From positions 1 to 64,000 of the forward strand of contig CBFFRQ010000028.1 of the NCBI GenBank assembly GCA_965644315.1: a stretch of DNA of 64,000 bases. The letters run 5' to 3'. Numbering within the stretch: position 1 is the first letter of the stretch; each line of letters opens with the position of its first letter. Under the pieces are notes generated by a model. It had not been told where the DNA came from, made no database searches, and worked only from the letters and a program-made list of their open reading frames with translations. This DNA is from Caecitellus pseudoparvulus (lineage: Eukaryota; Protista; Bigyra: Bicosoecida). The translations under genes and the position numbers were made by a program. Positions 44,143 to 56,755 of the stretch are shown in pieces.

Positions 44143-47100
44143 CTAGCGAGCTGCACCCATGCCTGCCCCGGCGTGGGGCGTGGGAGTCCCCTCCAGCTCC
44201 CCCCCACTGCCACTTGGCTCAAAGGGATCTTCGGAGGGGAGGGGGTCCCAGCCCATCATGCGGCGCAGCCCGCGCATGCGCAGGCAGCACATGAGGTCAT
44301 GCATGCAGCGGGTGCAGGGCTCTGGCAGCCCCACACTCTGCTGCGCATCGTCCTCCCCGCTCCAGTCCTCCACGCCCAGCAGCCACCGCGGCACTGGCCA
44401 CTGGTCTGTCTCGTTGCAGCGCTTCACGACGGCCTTGCGCAGCTCATCCACCACCAGCACTGAGGAGGCCAGCGCTGTCACAATGACCCAGTCCAGGAGG
44501 GACAGGCCCTCCGTGCGGAAGACGGCCTGCAGGGGCGGCGCGTACACCAGCAGTGCCAGTGCCGTCAGGGAGCCCGCGACGGCAATGTTGAACATGCGGT
44601 TGGACGTCACGCCCAGCGTGAAGATGGAGTTAGTCGCTGAGCGAGAGGCGGCGGCGTTGAACATGTCGAAGAGCACGAAGGTGGCGAAGGTCATGGTGGT
44701 GTCGCGGGTCGTGACCTGCCCGTCAGCAGACAGCTCCTGCACATACACCAGCAGCGTGCCCAGCAGCATGAGGACGCCTGCCATGAGCACACGGCTCATG
44801 AGGCCCCGTGTGACGATGGGCTCGGCCCGGGGACGCGGCGGCTGCTGCATGACATCCCGCGGCACCGGCTCCACGCCCAGGCTGATGGCGGGGAAGCCGT
44901 CCATGATGACGTTGATGAAGAGCACCTGCATGGGGGAGAGGGGCGCGGGCAGGCCCAGCATGGTGGTGATGGCCACCAGCCCCAGCGCCGCCACTGACGT
45001 GGACAGCTGGAAGCGGCAGAAGTTGCGGATGTTGAAGAAGGTGCCTTTGCCTTCCCGCATGGCCTGCACCACTGACGCCAGGTCGTCATTCAGCAGCACC
45101 ATGTGGGCAGCCTGCTTAGCCACCTCCGTGCCACTGCCCATGGCCACGCCGATGTCGGCGGAGCGCAGGGCGGGGGCGTCGTTCACGCCGTCGCCCGTCA
45201 TGGCCACCACGTGGCCCGCGTGCTGCAGCGCCTGCACGATCTTGAGCTTGTGCCGGGGCGTGGTGCGGTACAGCACGCTGACTCCCACCAGGCGGTCTGC
45301 CAGCTCAGCAGGCTCCAGGGCGTCCACCTCCGCCCCTGACAGGACACTCGGCTGCCCGCCACTGCCCGTGTCGTCGGGGTCATCCAGCAGCCCCATCTCT
45401 TCCCCCAGCTCCAGGGCGGTGTGGTTCTGCGTCGCGCCAGCCTGGGACAGCAGCCCCAAGTGCCCCGCGATGGCCACTGCGGTGGCCTTGGCGTCCCCAG
45501 TGATCATGATGGTGCGCACACCCGCACGGTGCAAGGCGGCAATGCTGGTCGTGGCCGCCTCACGGGGGGGGTCGTGGATACCCACCAGCCCCAGGAAGGT
45601 CATGCCGGCGCCAGGCGCCAGCTCGGCACTGCCCGCCTCCCCCAGCTCCTCCACCCCCTCGTCAGTACCATGCCCCGGCGGCCAGGCAGACGCCTGCAGC
45701 GCCGCCGCGGGGAAGGCAGGGATGCTCTGCCCCACCGCCACGGCGATGACGCGCAGGCCCTGCTCAGCCATGCGTGCGGCGGCCTGCGCTGCGGCGTCCC
45801 GCTCAGCCTGCGTCATGTCCCCCACGCCGCCGCCGCCACAGACACAGCGGCAGCACAGCGGCAGCACCACCTCCACCGCGCCCTTCACGTGGTACACCTC
45901 GCCTGGCACGGCAGGCCACCCCATGGCAGGGGAGCCGCCAAACGGCAGGCTGGGGTCGGCGGGTGGCACGGCTCCCCCCACCACCCCACTGCGCACACGG
46001 ACCGCCATCCACTTACTCTCGTGTGAGAACGGCACCTCCAAGGTGCGCTGCACATCGGCCCCGGCACCAGCCGAGCCGCCCAGGGTGGTGGCGGCAGACA
46101 GCGCCACTGCCACGGAGGGTGTCGCGGCGGCGCCTGCAGCCTGCCCCACCGGCGACACTGCCTCCTCGCCAGCCACAGCCACTGCAGGGCGGCAGCCCAC
46201 CTTCGCTGCTGCCACCAGCAGGCTGGCTTCCGTGGGCTGTCCCACGACGCGGGGCCTGCGGGAGCCCAGCACCACCTGGGAGTTGTTGCAGATGGCTGCG
46301 GACTGCAGTGGCGCCACCAGAGCGGGGGTGGCCTGCAGTGACACGGGCCGGTTGCCCAGCTCCCCCGACCCACCATCGGGGTCGTAGCCAGTGCCTTTCA
46401 GGAAGAACGTCACGCCGCCCTCGATGCCCGGCGCTGTGTGGGTGGTGGGCGTCGTCGCAAGGGCACTGGTGATGCCGCCGCTGCCTGTGGCGGTGAGCAG
46501 GTGTGACGCAGGGGCAGCAGCTGTGGCGAAGGACCACACCTGCACAGCGGTCATCTCGTTGGCAGTCAGTGTGCCGGTCTTGTCCGCGCACACGACCGTG
46601 GCGCAGCCCAGGGCCTCCACGGCAGGCAGCTTCTTCACGACGGCCTGGCGGGTGGACATGCGCTGCACGCTGAGGGCCAGCGTGACGGTGACCACCACCG
46701 GCAGTCCCTCCGGAATGGCGGCCACTGCCAGGGACACGCCCATGGTGAAGGTCTCGAGCAGGGGCTGCCCCATGATGAGGGAGCCGAAGAGCGTCATGAG
46801 GACGATGATGCCGATGGAGATGGTGCTGATGAGGCTGCCCAGCGCATCCATGCGCTCCTGCAGGGGGCTCTTGCCTGACCCCGCATCGGCCATGAGACTG
46901 ACCATGCCGCCCAACTCCGTGCTGGCCCCAGTGGAGACGACCACCGCCCGGCCCCGCCCAGACTGCACAAAGGTGCCCATGAACAGGATGCAGTGCATGT
47001 CTGCGAGGTCCAGGGGGGTGGGGGGCGTGTCCTCGCCACCCCCCCCACCACGGGCACACGTCGCGTGCGTCTTGCGAGCTGGGCGCCCCTCCCCCGTCAT

Positions 47101-47732
47101 GGAGCTCTCGTCAATGGACAGGCCGTGCGCAGACAGCACGCGGCAGTCGGCGGGGACGCGGTCTCCGGTGGTGAGGAGGAGGATGTCCCCTGGCACCAAG
47201 TCACTGGCCAGCACCTGCTCAGCCACGCCACCACGCAGCGCAACACACCGCGCTGGCGCCAGCTCTCGCAGGGCGGCGATGGATTCATCGGACTTGTACT
47301 CCTGCACGAACGCCACAGTGGTCACCAGCACCACTGCGATGAAGATGCTGATGGCGTCGTCCACCTCGCCCACCTGTGGCAAGCGCAGCAGTGCCAGGGT
47401 CAGGTGGCTTCCGCCAAGCTTCACACCTGCCACTTGGCAGCGCGAGCACTCACCAGCAGAGAAATGAACGCCGCCGCGCCCAGGAGGCCAATCATGGGAT
47501 CTTGGTACTGCTCGAGATACTTGCGCCACAGGGGCGTGTCGTCGTCGTCAGGCAGCTCGTTGGGCCCAGCAACAGCTGCGCGCTGCGGTACTTGACCAGG
47601 CGACAGGCCAACGTTGCCATCCACGCTCAACTGCGCCAGCACTGCCTCTGCTTCCTGGTGACATGCCGATGCTGCAGGGAGGGGTGTCCAGTCTTGCCCC
47701 CCACCGTGCGCCGGCTCGGCAGACGCTTCCAT
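44143..47732 (-). CDS. PMR1: Secretory-pathway Ca2+/Mn2+ P-type ATPase (SPCA/PMR1)
   Basis: TGE, AIPEGLP, DKTGTLT, KGAVE, TGDGVNDAPAL, FQLSTS and INVIMDG motifs. Intron 47374-47453. Confidence 0.93.
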
Positions 47733-47942
47733 AGCGCCGGTTCCTCCCGAGCAGAAGACTGCCCGCGACACCCACTCGCTTGGGAGCCAAGCCGCGTGCG
47801 CACACGGAAGCAGAGCTGGGCAAATCTAGCCAGGTACGTTGCAATTGTGTGCAGGGAATAGTGCCGCAGTGCAACATGTGCGCCTCCAGTGTGCGTTGAT
47901 CTCACGCCCCCCCCCTCAGGCGCCCAGTCTTCTGTGGGCAGC

Positions 47943-48574
47943 ATGTCCAGCGTACCAATTACCGCGAGCGCTTCGCCTGCTGCTGTAGTGCACGAGAAGC
48001 AAGTGCTGCGGCGGTGTGGACTGCACGCCACCAACAACATCCTGCAGCATGATGGCGCGCACTTCTCAGTGGACGACTTCGAAGGCATCGCGGGCGAGAT
48101 ACAGCCGGGCGGCGACTGCTGTGGCAACCACCACAAGGCCGGCTGTCGTCAAGGTGCGTCGCCCACGCGCCCGCCACGGGCCGACAGCGTGCCATGGTGC
48201 AAGTGCACATACCATGCGTCACAGGCAACTACGGCGTTGACGTCGTCATGGTAGCGCTGATGCGCAGGGGGCTGGAGGCTGCCTGGCTCCGGCCGTCGGC
48301 AGACCTCTCGCAGCTGCTGGCGGCCCCTGACGGGCCTGTGGCCCTGCTTTTGAACCGCCCAACCACTGGCTGGTGTGGGCTGTGGAAGAGCAATCACTGG
48401 TACACCATTCGCCGCGTGCAGGGTGGGCGCTGGCTCCTCCTTGACTCGGCGGCGGCGGCACCTGAGCCGATGGACCCAGGCCAAGTGGTGGACCACGCCT
48501 TGCAGCTGAAGGATGACGGTGGCCACGTTTTGCTTGTGCAGGCCCAAGCCAGTGGTGATGGCGACGGCGAGTGA
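47943..48574 (+). CDS. Josephin-domain deubiquitinase
   Basis: HEKQ…CGLHATNNILQ, GNYGVDV, HWYTIR and LLDS supply the catalytic C/H/D. Intron 48154-48224. Confidence 0.9.
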
Positions 48575-49190
48575 GTGCTGGCTGTGCCACAGACGGGGCA
48601 GGCGGTGGTGTGCCCCCACTGTGCAGCCTTGGCCCTTGGAACCCAGCTGCCAAGTGCAGCAGGGGATGGCAGAGGGAGGTTGGGGCGTGCCAGCGCCACG
48701 TCACACTTCGGGGCGCCTTGCCGCGCCGACGGCGTCCCAGCAGGGCTGGGCCCCTATCGCTGGCAAAGTGAGGGCACCAACCTGACAGCTGCAGCAGGAG
48801 AGGCTCACACAGGCATCTCCTCCAAGTCCACTTCTGTGGCCAGCACACCGATGCTGCGCTGCTGGTGTGCTGCGAACAGCCGAGACGTGCGCTGGAGTCT
48901 GTGCAAAGCGAGCACTGGCAAACGAAGCCAAGCGGACCTGCCCATTCCACGCCAGGGGTCAAAATTCTCTACCGATTGTGCTAAATACATGGAGGACAAG
49001 ACATCTTGCGTCAGTCTTCCACTTGGTGTCCTGGAAAGCTTGAGCAGCCTCCTCTTTCCCGCGCAGCAGGCGCCGCCCAGCGCAACCGTGCAAGGTGCGG
49101 AAATCGCTCGCTACATACGTGAACCTTGGCCGGAAAGCGTGCAAGAAAGCCAGTGATCGCTGCAGCCTCCACTGAAGAACAAACCTCATC

Positions 49191-50734
49191 ATGCCTACAA
49201 ACGGCGCGGCAAAGAGCAGTCGCAGCAGGCCGCCTCGAAGCGAGATGCAGACAACGGTGCAAGTGGCCACTCCAGTCATCCCGCAGCGCCTGCAGTATCG
49301 GTCGCCACGCACCCGTGCAGCCGGCATCGCGGCGTGCTTGCCTCCAAAGTCCAGCACGCTGCACGATGTGGACCCTGTGGACACGCTGCAACGGGTGGCC
49401 GTCGTCCTGTACCAGCACCTGCTGCGCTGCGAGCGCGACAAGGCTGGCCTCGCCCCCTTGCCACCCGTGCACCGCACTGCGGCGGCCCTCCCTCAAGTGC
49501 CTGACTTGACCCTACCCCCCCTGGACATCAGTGGTGATATCACAGTGCCTGCAGGGGGTGGCGCTGCCCTGCCGGCAGTGGCGGATGCCGCCGAGTCACT
49601 GCCCCAGCCAGGCACCAGCGTGCCAGCGGGAGTCAACATTGGCGTCGCCCGAGTGGCCTCTGCCGTGGACCTGTCCGCTGCAGACCGCAGCTTGCTCTTC
49701 GCGCCGCAGTGGAGCCGCGAGCCGGTGAGCACTCTGGACAGTACCGCCCAGGGCAGTGTCAGCACCAGCATCCGCACGCGCGACGGGCAGCCCATCCTGG
49801 AGGCACCCCCCCGCGTACCCGGCTCCTCCACGCCGCGCCTGGACGCGTCCCCTGCCGTGGGCAGTCTCCCCGCCTTCGCCTTGCCCTCCCCCACTCTGTC
49901 TGCCTTCAGCCCTGCTCTGGGGCCCACTGGCGCAGGGCAGAGCAAGGGGGCGGAGGAGGAGGATGAGAGCCACCACTTCCACGAGGCGCAGTTCCTGCGG
50001 CCACAGTTCGACCTGAGCTTCTACAGGGGACCCGTCGTGCACATCCCTTCCTTCTTCACCATCAGGGTGCGTCTGCCGCCACGCTCGCTGCCTAGCCCCC
50101 CTGCACGCCGACACCCTTGCTGCTCCCTCGCAGACTATGGAACCCGCCTTCACACTGCCGACAGTCACAGACATCTTCACCTTTGCTCACTACGTGTACG
50201 GCACCGCCCGGCTGTCTCCGGAGTGCTCAGTGGTGTGCCTCATTTACGTCGAGCGGCTGCTCAGCAACGGTGCGTGCTTTGGCGTTTGCGCTCCCAACCC
50301 ACCTACTCCTCACACACACACCCTCCCCCCCCCGCTTCTCAGGCAACGTGCTGCTGCTGGCGTCCAACTGGCGCCCCATCGTCCTGACCGCCCTCCTCCT
50401 GGCGTCCAAGATGTGGAACGACCTGGCCACCTGGAACGTGGAGCTGGCCGCCGTGTGCCGGCAGTACTCCCAGGGCGCCATCTCTCGCATGGAGCAGGCC
50501 TTCGTGTCCTGCCTGCGCTTCCAGCTGTACATCACCGCCTCCACCTACGCCAAGTACTTCTTCGCCCTGCGGGGGCTGTCCGAGCAGCGGGACTTCCAGA
50601 GGCGCTTCGCTGCGACGCTGCCTGTGGAGGTGCCGGGGAGCAGCACGCCGCCCCCCTCAGCGTCAGGCGCGGGGGGGGAAGTGGAGGCTGCCAGCGCGGC
50701 CCTGCAAGAAGCTGTCTACAGCCGCAGCCTGTGA
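49191..50734 (+). CDS. CCNY: Cyclin Y-like protein
   Basis: LSPECSVVCLIYVERLL…NWRPIVLTALLLASKMWND…TYAKYFFALR. Introns 50067-50133 and 50270-50342. Confidence 0.88.
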
Positions 50735-50749
50735 CGATTGCCTGGGCTC

Positions 50750-50757
50750 AATGCATT
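50750..50757. terminator. Palindromic AATGCATT: candidate bidirectional 3'-end signal
   Basis: Lies 15 nt after the cyclin Y stop (+) and 18 nt after the stop of the convergent gene (-). Confidence 0.55.
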
Positions 50758-50775
50758 CTTCTCGCGCACTGCACG

Positions 50776-51426
50776 TCACCTGCCGCCGTCCGCCTGCAGC
50801 TTGCCCTTGAGGGTGGGCAGGATGTCGGCGCCAGGCCGGCCACTGGCTTCGTAGGCCATGAGCAGCGCGGCAGCCTGCTGCTTGGTGAAGGACCCCACGC
50901 TGTCAGACTGCAGGCGGGCGGCGATGGTGTCCCACAGGGCAGGGGAGCCCTTGGTGCCCCTGTGGCGGCCGTACGCCCAGGCCAGAAGAGACAGGCTGGC
51001 AGCTGGCAGGTCGGGGATGACAGTGAGGAAGCGCTTCTCCAGGCCTTCGAACAGCTCGTCGCAGTGCGCCTTGTTGGCAGAAAAGGCCTGCACGGTCATG
51101 ACCAGCAGGGAGGCGTCCTTCACGCGGTCCATGCGGTCCCACAACAGACGCTGCTCGTTGTCCCAGTGCCACCACAGCACTGCGTGCCACCGGTGGGCAC
51201 GGGCCAGCTCATCCTCCTCAGGGCGCTCCGGGTCATTCACATCGGGGACATCCATCAGCTTGCTCTCTTTGCTGGCGTCGCTGGCGGCCTCGGCCTCAGC
51301 ACTGCAGTGGCGCACCGCCGCCAGTGGCGTGCGAAACATGGCGCCTCGAATTCCGCAGGCTGCCACACCCCGTCTTGCCCCCCGCAGAGCCGCCAAAACG
51401 GAGCCGCTCACACGCAACGCGGCCAT
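50776..51426 (-). CDS. Hypothetical helical protein with a probable mitochondrial targeting peptide
   Basis: Arg/Ala-rich, acid-free N-terminus. Helical-repeat-like LSLLAWAYG…LW segment. GC3-biased codons. Confidence 0.7.
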   Translation of the reverse strand: MAALRVSGSVLAALRGARRGVAACGIRGAMFRTPLAAVRHCSAEAEAASDASKESKLMDVPDVNDPERPEEDELARAHRWHAVLWWHWDNEQRLLWDRMDRVKDASLLVMTVQAFSANKAHCDELFEGLEKRFLTVIPDLPAASLSLLAWAYGRHRGTKGSPALWDTIAARLQSDSVGSFTKQQAAALLMAYEASGRPGADILPTLKGKLQADGGR

Positions 51427-51650
51427 AGCTGTCGTGTACTAATTAATAAATTGCCCTGGTCACCGCAACGTGTGCTGCTGAGTTCTAGTGCACCGAAATA
51501 CCTGAGAGGGCACCGGCTGGGATGCTGGCCGGTTCGCACTCAGAATAGCGATGGGAAAGGGATTGAGGGGGTGGACGAGCAAGGTGAGGCCGGGCAGTAG
51601 GACATGAAGTGCCCTGAACGCGGTAGTGCCTGTGTATTCTTGCACGCCCC

Positions 51651-52897
51651 CTACACAGGCCTGAAACCTATCTTCGCTGCTTCCCTGCGCGCCTCGTCCA
51701 CCTCTGCCATCAGCGCCGGCGCCGCCTCCACGCGGTCCGCATCGAACCACAACCCCGCCTGGTGAAAGGCGTGGTAAAGCTTGAAAAAATCAGTCACCGG
51801 CATCGCGTTGGCCCTGGAAGCCAGCAGACCGGCCCTGTCCAGCGTCACGAGGATCAGCGCCCTCGCGTCCAGGTGAGACATCTGGCAGAGCAGGAGGGGG
51901 GATCAGGGTGGTGCGCAGGGACAGAGGCGGGTGCTGGCGTGTGTGCTGCGTCACCTTCTGTATAGTGGCGGCTGCCGATGCGGCGGCGGCACGGGTGGTC
52001 TCTGGTTGATGACTGGCCTGAGCAGCCCGCAGTGTGGCTTGCACAGCCTGCCGCTGTGCCTCCAGCGCCGCCAGCAAGTACTTGGATGAGAACAGGGAGC
52101 GCAGGGTCTTGTTCCGGCCGCTGAAACAGCGCTTGAGCATCGCGTCCCACTCCTGCATGTCAAAGCCTGGCGTGCGTGGGGGGCCGAGAGGCACCACCCT
52201 GACAACGGCAGAGTCCACTTTGGGAGGCGGCGAGAACTTATACTTAGGGACATCGAACAGCAGGGTGGACTCCGACATCAGCTTGCAGTTCACTGATAAT
52301 CTGGAGTAGTTAGACGTCCCCGGTCTGCACAGACAGGCGCGGCGTGCCTCGCTGCACGGCATGAGCAGCCTGCGGAAATTGACTCACTCTGCAACCATTC
52401 GCTGCGCAAACTCCTTCTGCACGAGCAGCACAGCCCGCCCCAACAGCGGCGAATGGTTCAGTATCCTACCTAGCAGCGGTGACGATATCTGGTATGGGAT
52501 GTTCGCCACCATGGCGTCCGACCGCGGGGGAAAGGGCAGCTTCAGCACGTCACCGTGAACCACCTCCAACTTGTCAGACGCGCCCCTGCGCAGGGCCAGG
52601 TACAAGAATGCGCGTTGGATCCCAGTGTGGGCTGGTGCGCGCTCTTCTCACGCACAGCGCCTCTGCCCGAGCCAGGAGCACGTCGTGCAAGACTGCATCC
52701 AGCTCCACAGCACACACTTTGGCTGCCCGCTCCAGCAAGTGCACGGTCAAATTGCCACTGCCAGGCCCCACCTCGAACACGCGCTCATGAGGCTGGATGT
52801 CTGCTGCAGCTGCGATGCGTTTCGCCACCCCTGCGTCGTTCAGCAGGTGCTGGCCCAAGCGCTTGCGCAGTCGGACGCGGGCCGCTGCTGTCGCCAT
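51651..52897 (-). CDS. KsgA/Dim1-family rRNA adenine dimethyltransferase
   Basis: LGQHLL, EVGPGSGNLT, VELD, ANIPYQISSP, QKEFAQR, FSPPPKVDSAVV. Three GT-AG introns. Confidence 0.92.
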
Positions 52898-53238
52898 GCC
52901 CCGCCGCATGGCTGAGTGGAGCCGCCCAGCCTGCATGGTGGACGAGACCCATGTGGGCCTGGGGCTCTACTTGCTGGTGCCGGGAAGGTGATATGGTCGC
53001 CTGAGATTTGACACAGCCTGGGGAGTGGAGGTGCTCCATGACATGACCGTCACTCACTTATCAAGGTTTCAGTAGAGTACGTTCCTCACCCGGGAGGAAC
53101 TGAGTGCACTTCTCACAGCAATACATAACATATAACCACGAAAACAGCACCAAGCAACGCTTTGACCGAATAACCCCGCCTGACGTGTACTTAGCCCCCC
53201 TGTGCATTCTCTCCCCAGCTCCTCGCACCGCTGAAAGC

Positions 53239-53994
53239 ATGGCGGGCGTGAAGCGCCGAACCAAATACCGCAAGCAAGTGGAGGCAGATGTTCTGGATGC
53301 GTTCCACACGCCAGAGGATGGGCAGGAAATCGTTCAAATTGTTCAGTCACACGGCAGCAACATTCTGGAGGTGAGAGGGCTGCGATCTCCTGGCTGGGGC
53401 GTCCAGGAGCAGGCGACGTTTCGTGCTGAAACGCGGACAGGCCACATGAGAGCCCCGCCCACCGCAGGTACGCGACGCAGAGGGAGAGAACGCCAAGTGC
53501 ATTCTACCGACAAAGTACAGGAAGCTGATCTGGGTCAAGCGAGGTGCGTGGCTGCTTCGCTGGGGTGACTTGTCCGAGGGGCGCTCACGAATCCGGCACT
53601 GGATGCTCCTGCGCTGTTCCCACCAGGTGACTTCCTCATTGTGTCCAAGGGTGCGGAGGACTACGACACGGCCTCTGGCAGCAAGGGCACCGTGAAGTAC
53701 ATGGTGGAGCACATCCTCACCGCGAGCTCCATCAAGCACCTGAAGAAGGAGGGCCTGTGGCCCGCCACCTTCGACACGACCAACCCACGAGGGGCGGCGG
53801 CAGCCACCGCGGCCTCAGCGCCCAGCGAAGAGACGGCAGGGTCCGGGGCAGCAGCGCCGGCCGCAGGGGAAGATGGCGAGGACTCCAGCTCCTCCTCAGA
53901 CGGGGACATGCCAGGCGTGCAGCGCAATTTGAATCGGCGGCGAGTGTATGTGCAGAGCAGCGAGTCGGACTCGTCCTCTGAGGAAGATGAGTGA
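53239..53994 (+). CDS. EIF1AD: eIF1A-domain RNA-binding protein
   Basis: Spliced HGSNILEV…LPTKYRKLIWVKRGDFLIV…IKHLKKEGLWP, followed by an acidic tail. Two introns. Confidence 0.88.
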
Positions 53995-54214
53995 GGCTGG
54001 GCAGCCGGTGGAGCATGGTGGTCACCACGCATGTCGCCTGGCATGCCGTTGTACCCTTTGTGTTCGTGACTCTGACTCGGGGGTGCACCCCGGCCTACCT
54101 CGGCCTGACACGAACTGCCGCCGCCGCTCAGTTGACCATGCCCGGTCACATTCCCAACACACCACACACCTTGGCGGTGCCCTGGACAGCACACGTTTGA
54201 ATGCAGTGAACACC

Positions 54215-55679
54215 ATGGCGAGTGACGACGCAGGTGAGGCCGTCGCCTCGGGCGGGCAGGAGGACTGGAGCTTTGTGGAGACGGGGCGGCAGTTGGAGCG
54301 GCAGCTGGCCACTCTGCGGCGCAGCCTGGGAGAACAGGCCATCGCCCTGAGCCATGTGGAGGAGCGAGTCAGCCAGTGCATGACACAAGAGGCACATACG
54401 CGGTTCAGCGAGGGCCTGGACAGGCGCCTGGGTGCCATTGAGCGGCGGCTTGAGGCGCTGGAAGCGGCCGTGCAGGTGCCGGGCCAGAGCCAGCGTTGCG
54501 TGGGCGAAGCCGTTGCTCACACGCTGGAGCGAATGGAGGCTGCAGAGGCGGCCCTGGCACAGCGAGCGACAAGTCAGGCGCTGAGGGATGCAGTGCAAGC
54601 TATACGCGATGACCTGCATCGCCAGGGGGAGGAGTTGCAGGCTACCAAGGCGAGCAAGGCTTTCGTCAACAGGTGCGGAGCTGCGTCACACTGCCTGCAT
54701 CCCCCCGCAGCAGCAGCGCGCACATCTTCACGCCTCACAGCTTGAAAGAGACGACCAAGAGCATGGCTGAGCAGCTGTCACTCCTGGAAGGCATGGTGTC
54801 GCGCAAGGTTGACATGGTGAGCGTTGCTTCACACACCTGGCGTTTCGCTGCCGTTGCACGCTGTGCTCCGAACTGCGCAGAGCATGCTGTCTGATCTGGA
54901 GGCGACCGTCGCGAACATCCAGGAGTACGAGACGTTCCAGACCTCAGTGTCTCGGCAACTGGCCGGGCACGATGAGCACTTGGAAGCCCACGACGGCCAG
55001 CTTGCCAGCCTGGAAGGCCGAGCCGAGGAGTCTGAACGTGTTGGCGAAGCTCACGCTGCGCAACTGGAAACCAAGGCCTTGGCGTGCGTGCAAGCATGGA
55101 AAGCTCTGCCACGTATCTTCCAGTACCTTTCACCTCCACGCCCCGCTCCTCAGGTCCGACTTGCAGCAGGCACTGGCTCGCCTGGACGCAGTGGAGACGA
55201 TGGCTGGCTCAGCTGGCACACAGGAAGAGCTGCTGGCGCTGCAGGAGGCCCTGGCCAAGTTGGAAGCAGCGGAAGCCGCCAGTGCTGCCAAGGCGGCCAA
55301 GCTGGAGGCTGAAGTGGCTGCAGACTTTGAGGACGTGCGGGGCGCCCTGGCTGGCAAGGCCAGTGTGGAGGCGTCAGACCGGAAGATGGACCGGGCAACC
55401 TGCGAAGCACTGCTGCGTGACTTGAACCGGCACGTGCAAGCTCGGGCGACGGTGGATGAGATGCGGGAGGCGTGTGGGCGCCTGGACCAGCACCAGGCAG
55501 CGCAGCGCCTGCTGCAGGAGAAGGTGGAGGTGGCGCTGGCCTTCGTCGAGTGGTTCGGCGCCAAGGGCGAGACGTACGAGTACAACGCCGCCGCCATGGA
55601 ACGACACATGAACGCCCTGGCACGGGGCAATCGCGCCTCTGTGCGGGGTGTGGCTCGGGCGGCCACACCGCGGGCTTGA
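54215..55679 (+). CDS. Coiled-coil protein of unknown function
   Basis: Heptad-rich frames joined by three GT-AG introns. C-terminal FVEWFGAKGETYEYN. Confidence 0.75.
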
Positions 55680-55691
55680 GGCTGACGTGCA

Positions 55692-55701
55692 CAATGCATT
55701 G
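55692..55701. terminator. Palindromic CAATGCATTG: candidate bidirectional 3'-end signal
   Basis: Lies in the 30-bp gap between the convergent coiled-coil and RhoGDI stops. Confidence 0.55.
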
Positions 55702-55709
55702 CCGCTGCT

Positions 55710-56552
55710 TCACGCCCAGTTCTTGGCGATGGTGAACTGGTACTGGAACTTGGCCCACTCGTTGTCGTCGTCGTCTGTCATGGTCACGACGGCGGTGTAC
55801 GTGCCCCGTGCGAACATGCCTGACGGCCACGTGTCGGCTGGGAAGGAGTACTCATACTGCTCGGCCTTGGGCGGGTAGCCGCCTAGATTCACGTCGTCTG
55901 TGGACACGTTCACCCCCATACGGGACACGACGTGCTTGAAGCGCAGGCCCAGCACCACATCCCCTGACACAGTGTACTTGATGCTGTGCAGGCAGCGCAG
56001 GCGGGCGAGTGCCGGCCGGCAGTGCAGGGTGCGGCGAGGTGTGCAGCTTCCTGTCGCGGCGACACACACCTGACAACAAAGTCCACGCCCTGCTTCACGG
56101 TGAGCTTCAGGGCGTTGGCTGCCTCCACGTCTGCAGGAGTGGCCAGTGGGATGACGATGGGGTCTGTGCCATCCTGGGGTGTGATGCGCATCTCGTGAAT
56201 GAGCACATTCAGCGCTCCTGACGAAGCTGTCAGCCCGAGGGACTCCTTGTACCTGACAAGCGGCGGGGAGGGGCAGGCGTGCCGGGCAAGGACGTGCATG
56301 TGCATGGGTGCTGGCGGGTGCTGGGAGGGTCCAGGCCACTGCCCCGGCATGGCGCCACCCCCGTCACTCCCGTGCATGGCTGGAAAGTGCTGCCCACACC
56401 ACTCACCGTTTCAGGGACTCGTCTTCCTCATCGGCAGCCATGATCTCAGCCATGGACTTCTTCTCTGGGGCGACGTAGGCAGCCTCCAAGTCGGGCTTGC
56501 CGTCCTCTGCCCCTTCGCCGCCTGTGTGGGGGGTGCTTTCCTCGGCGGCCAT
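55710..56552 (-). CDS. Rho GDP-dissociation inhibitor
   Basis: DEEDESLKR|YKESLG, LGGYPPK, PSGMFARGTY and FTIAKNW. Two introns. Confidence 0.92.
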
Positions 56553-56755
56553 GCTGGCGCACACTCGGCGTGTCGGCTGCGACGGCAGCAGTGCTTGCTT
56601 GCTGGCGTGGGCGGCGGGAGGAAGGGTAGGCGCAGGGCCGGGTTGTAGTTTAAAATTCTGGTATCTTTCGACATGTTTCCCTTTTGAGCAACCGGCCCGA
56701 CTGGCTGCAACCAGCACTGCTCTCGTCATACGGCGTCGCTGGCCTTCGAGCCACC

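Noticed and set aside
48575-49156. 193-aa ORF directly after the Josephin TGA (possible readthrough)
   Set aside because: The Josephin domain is already complete, no SECIS was seen and there are no recognisable motifs.
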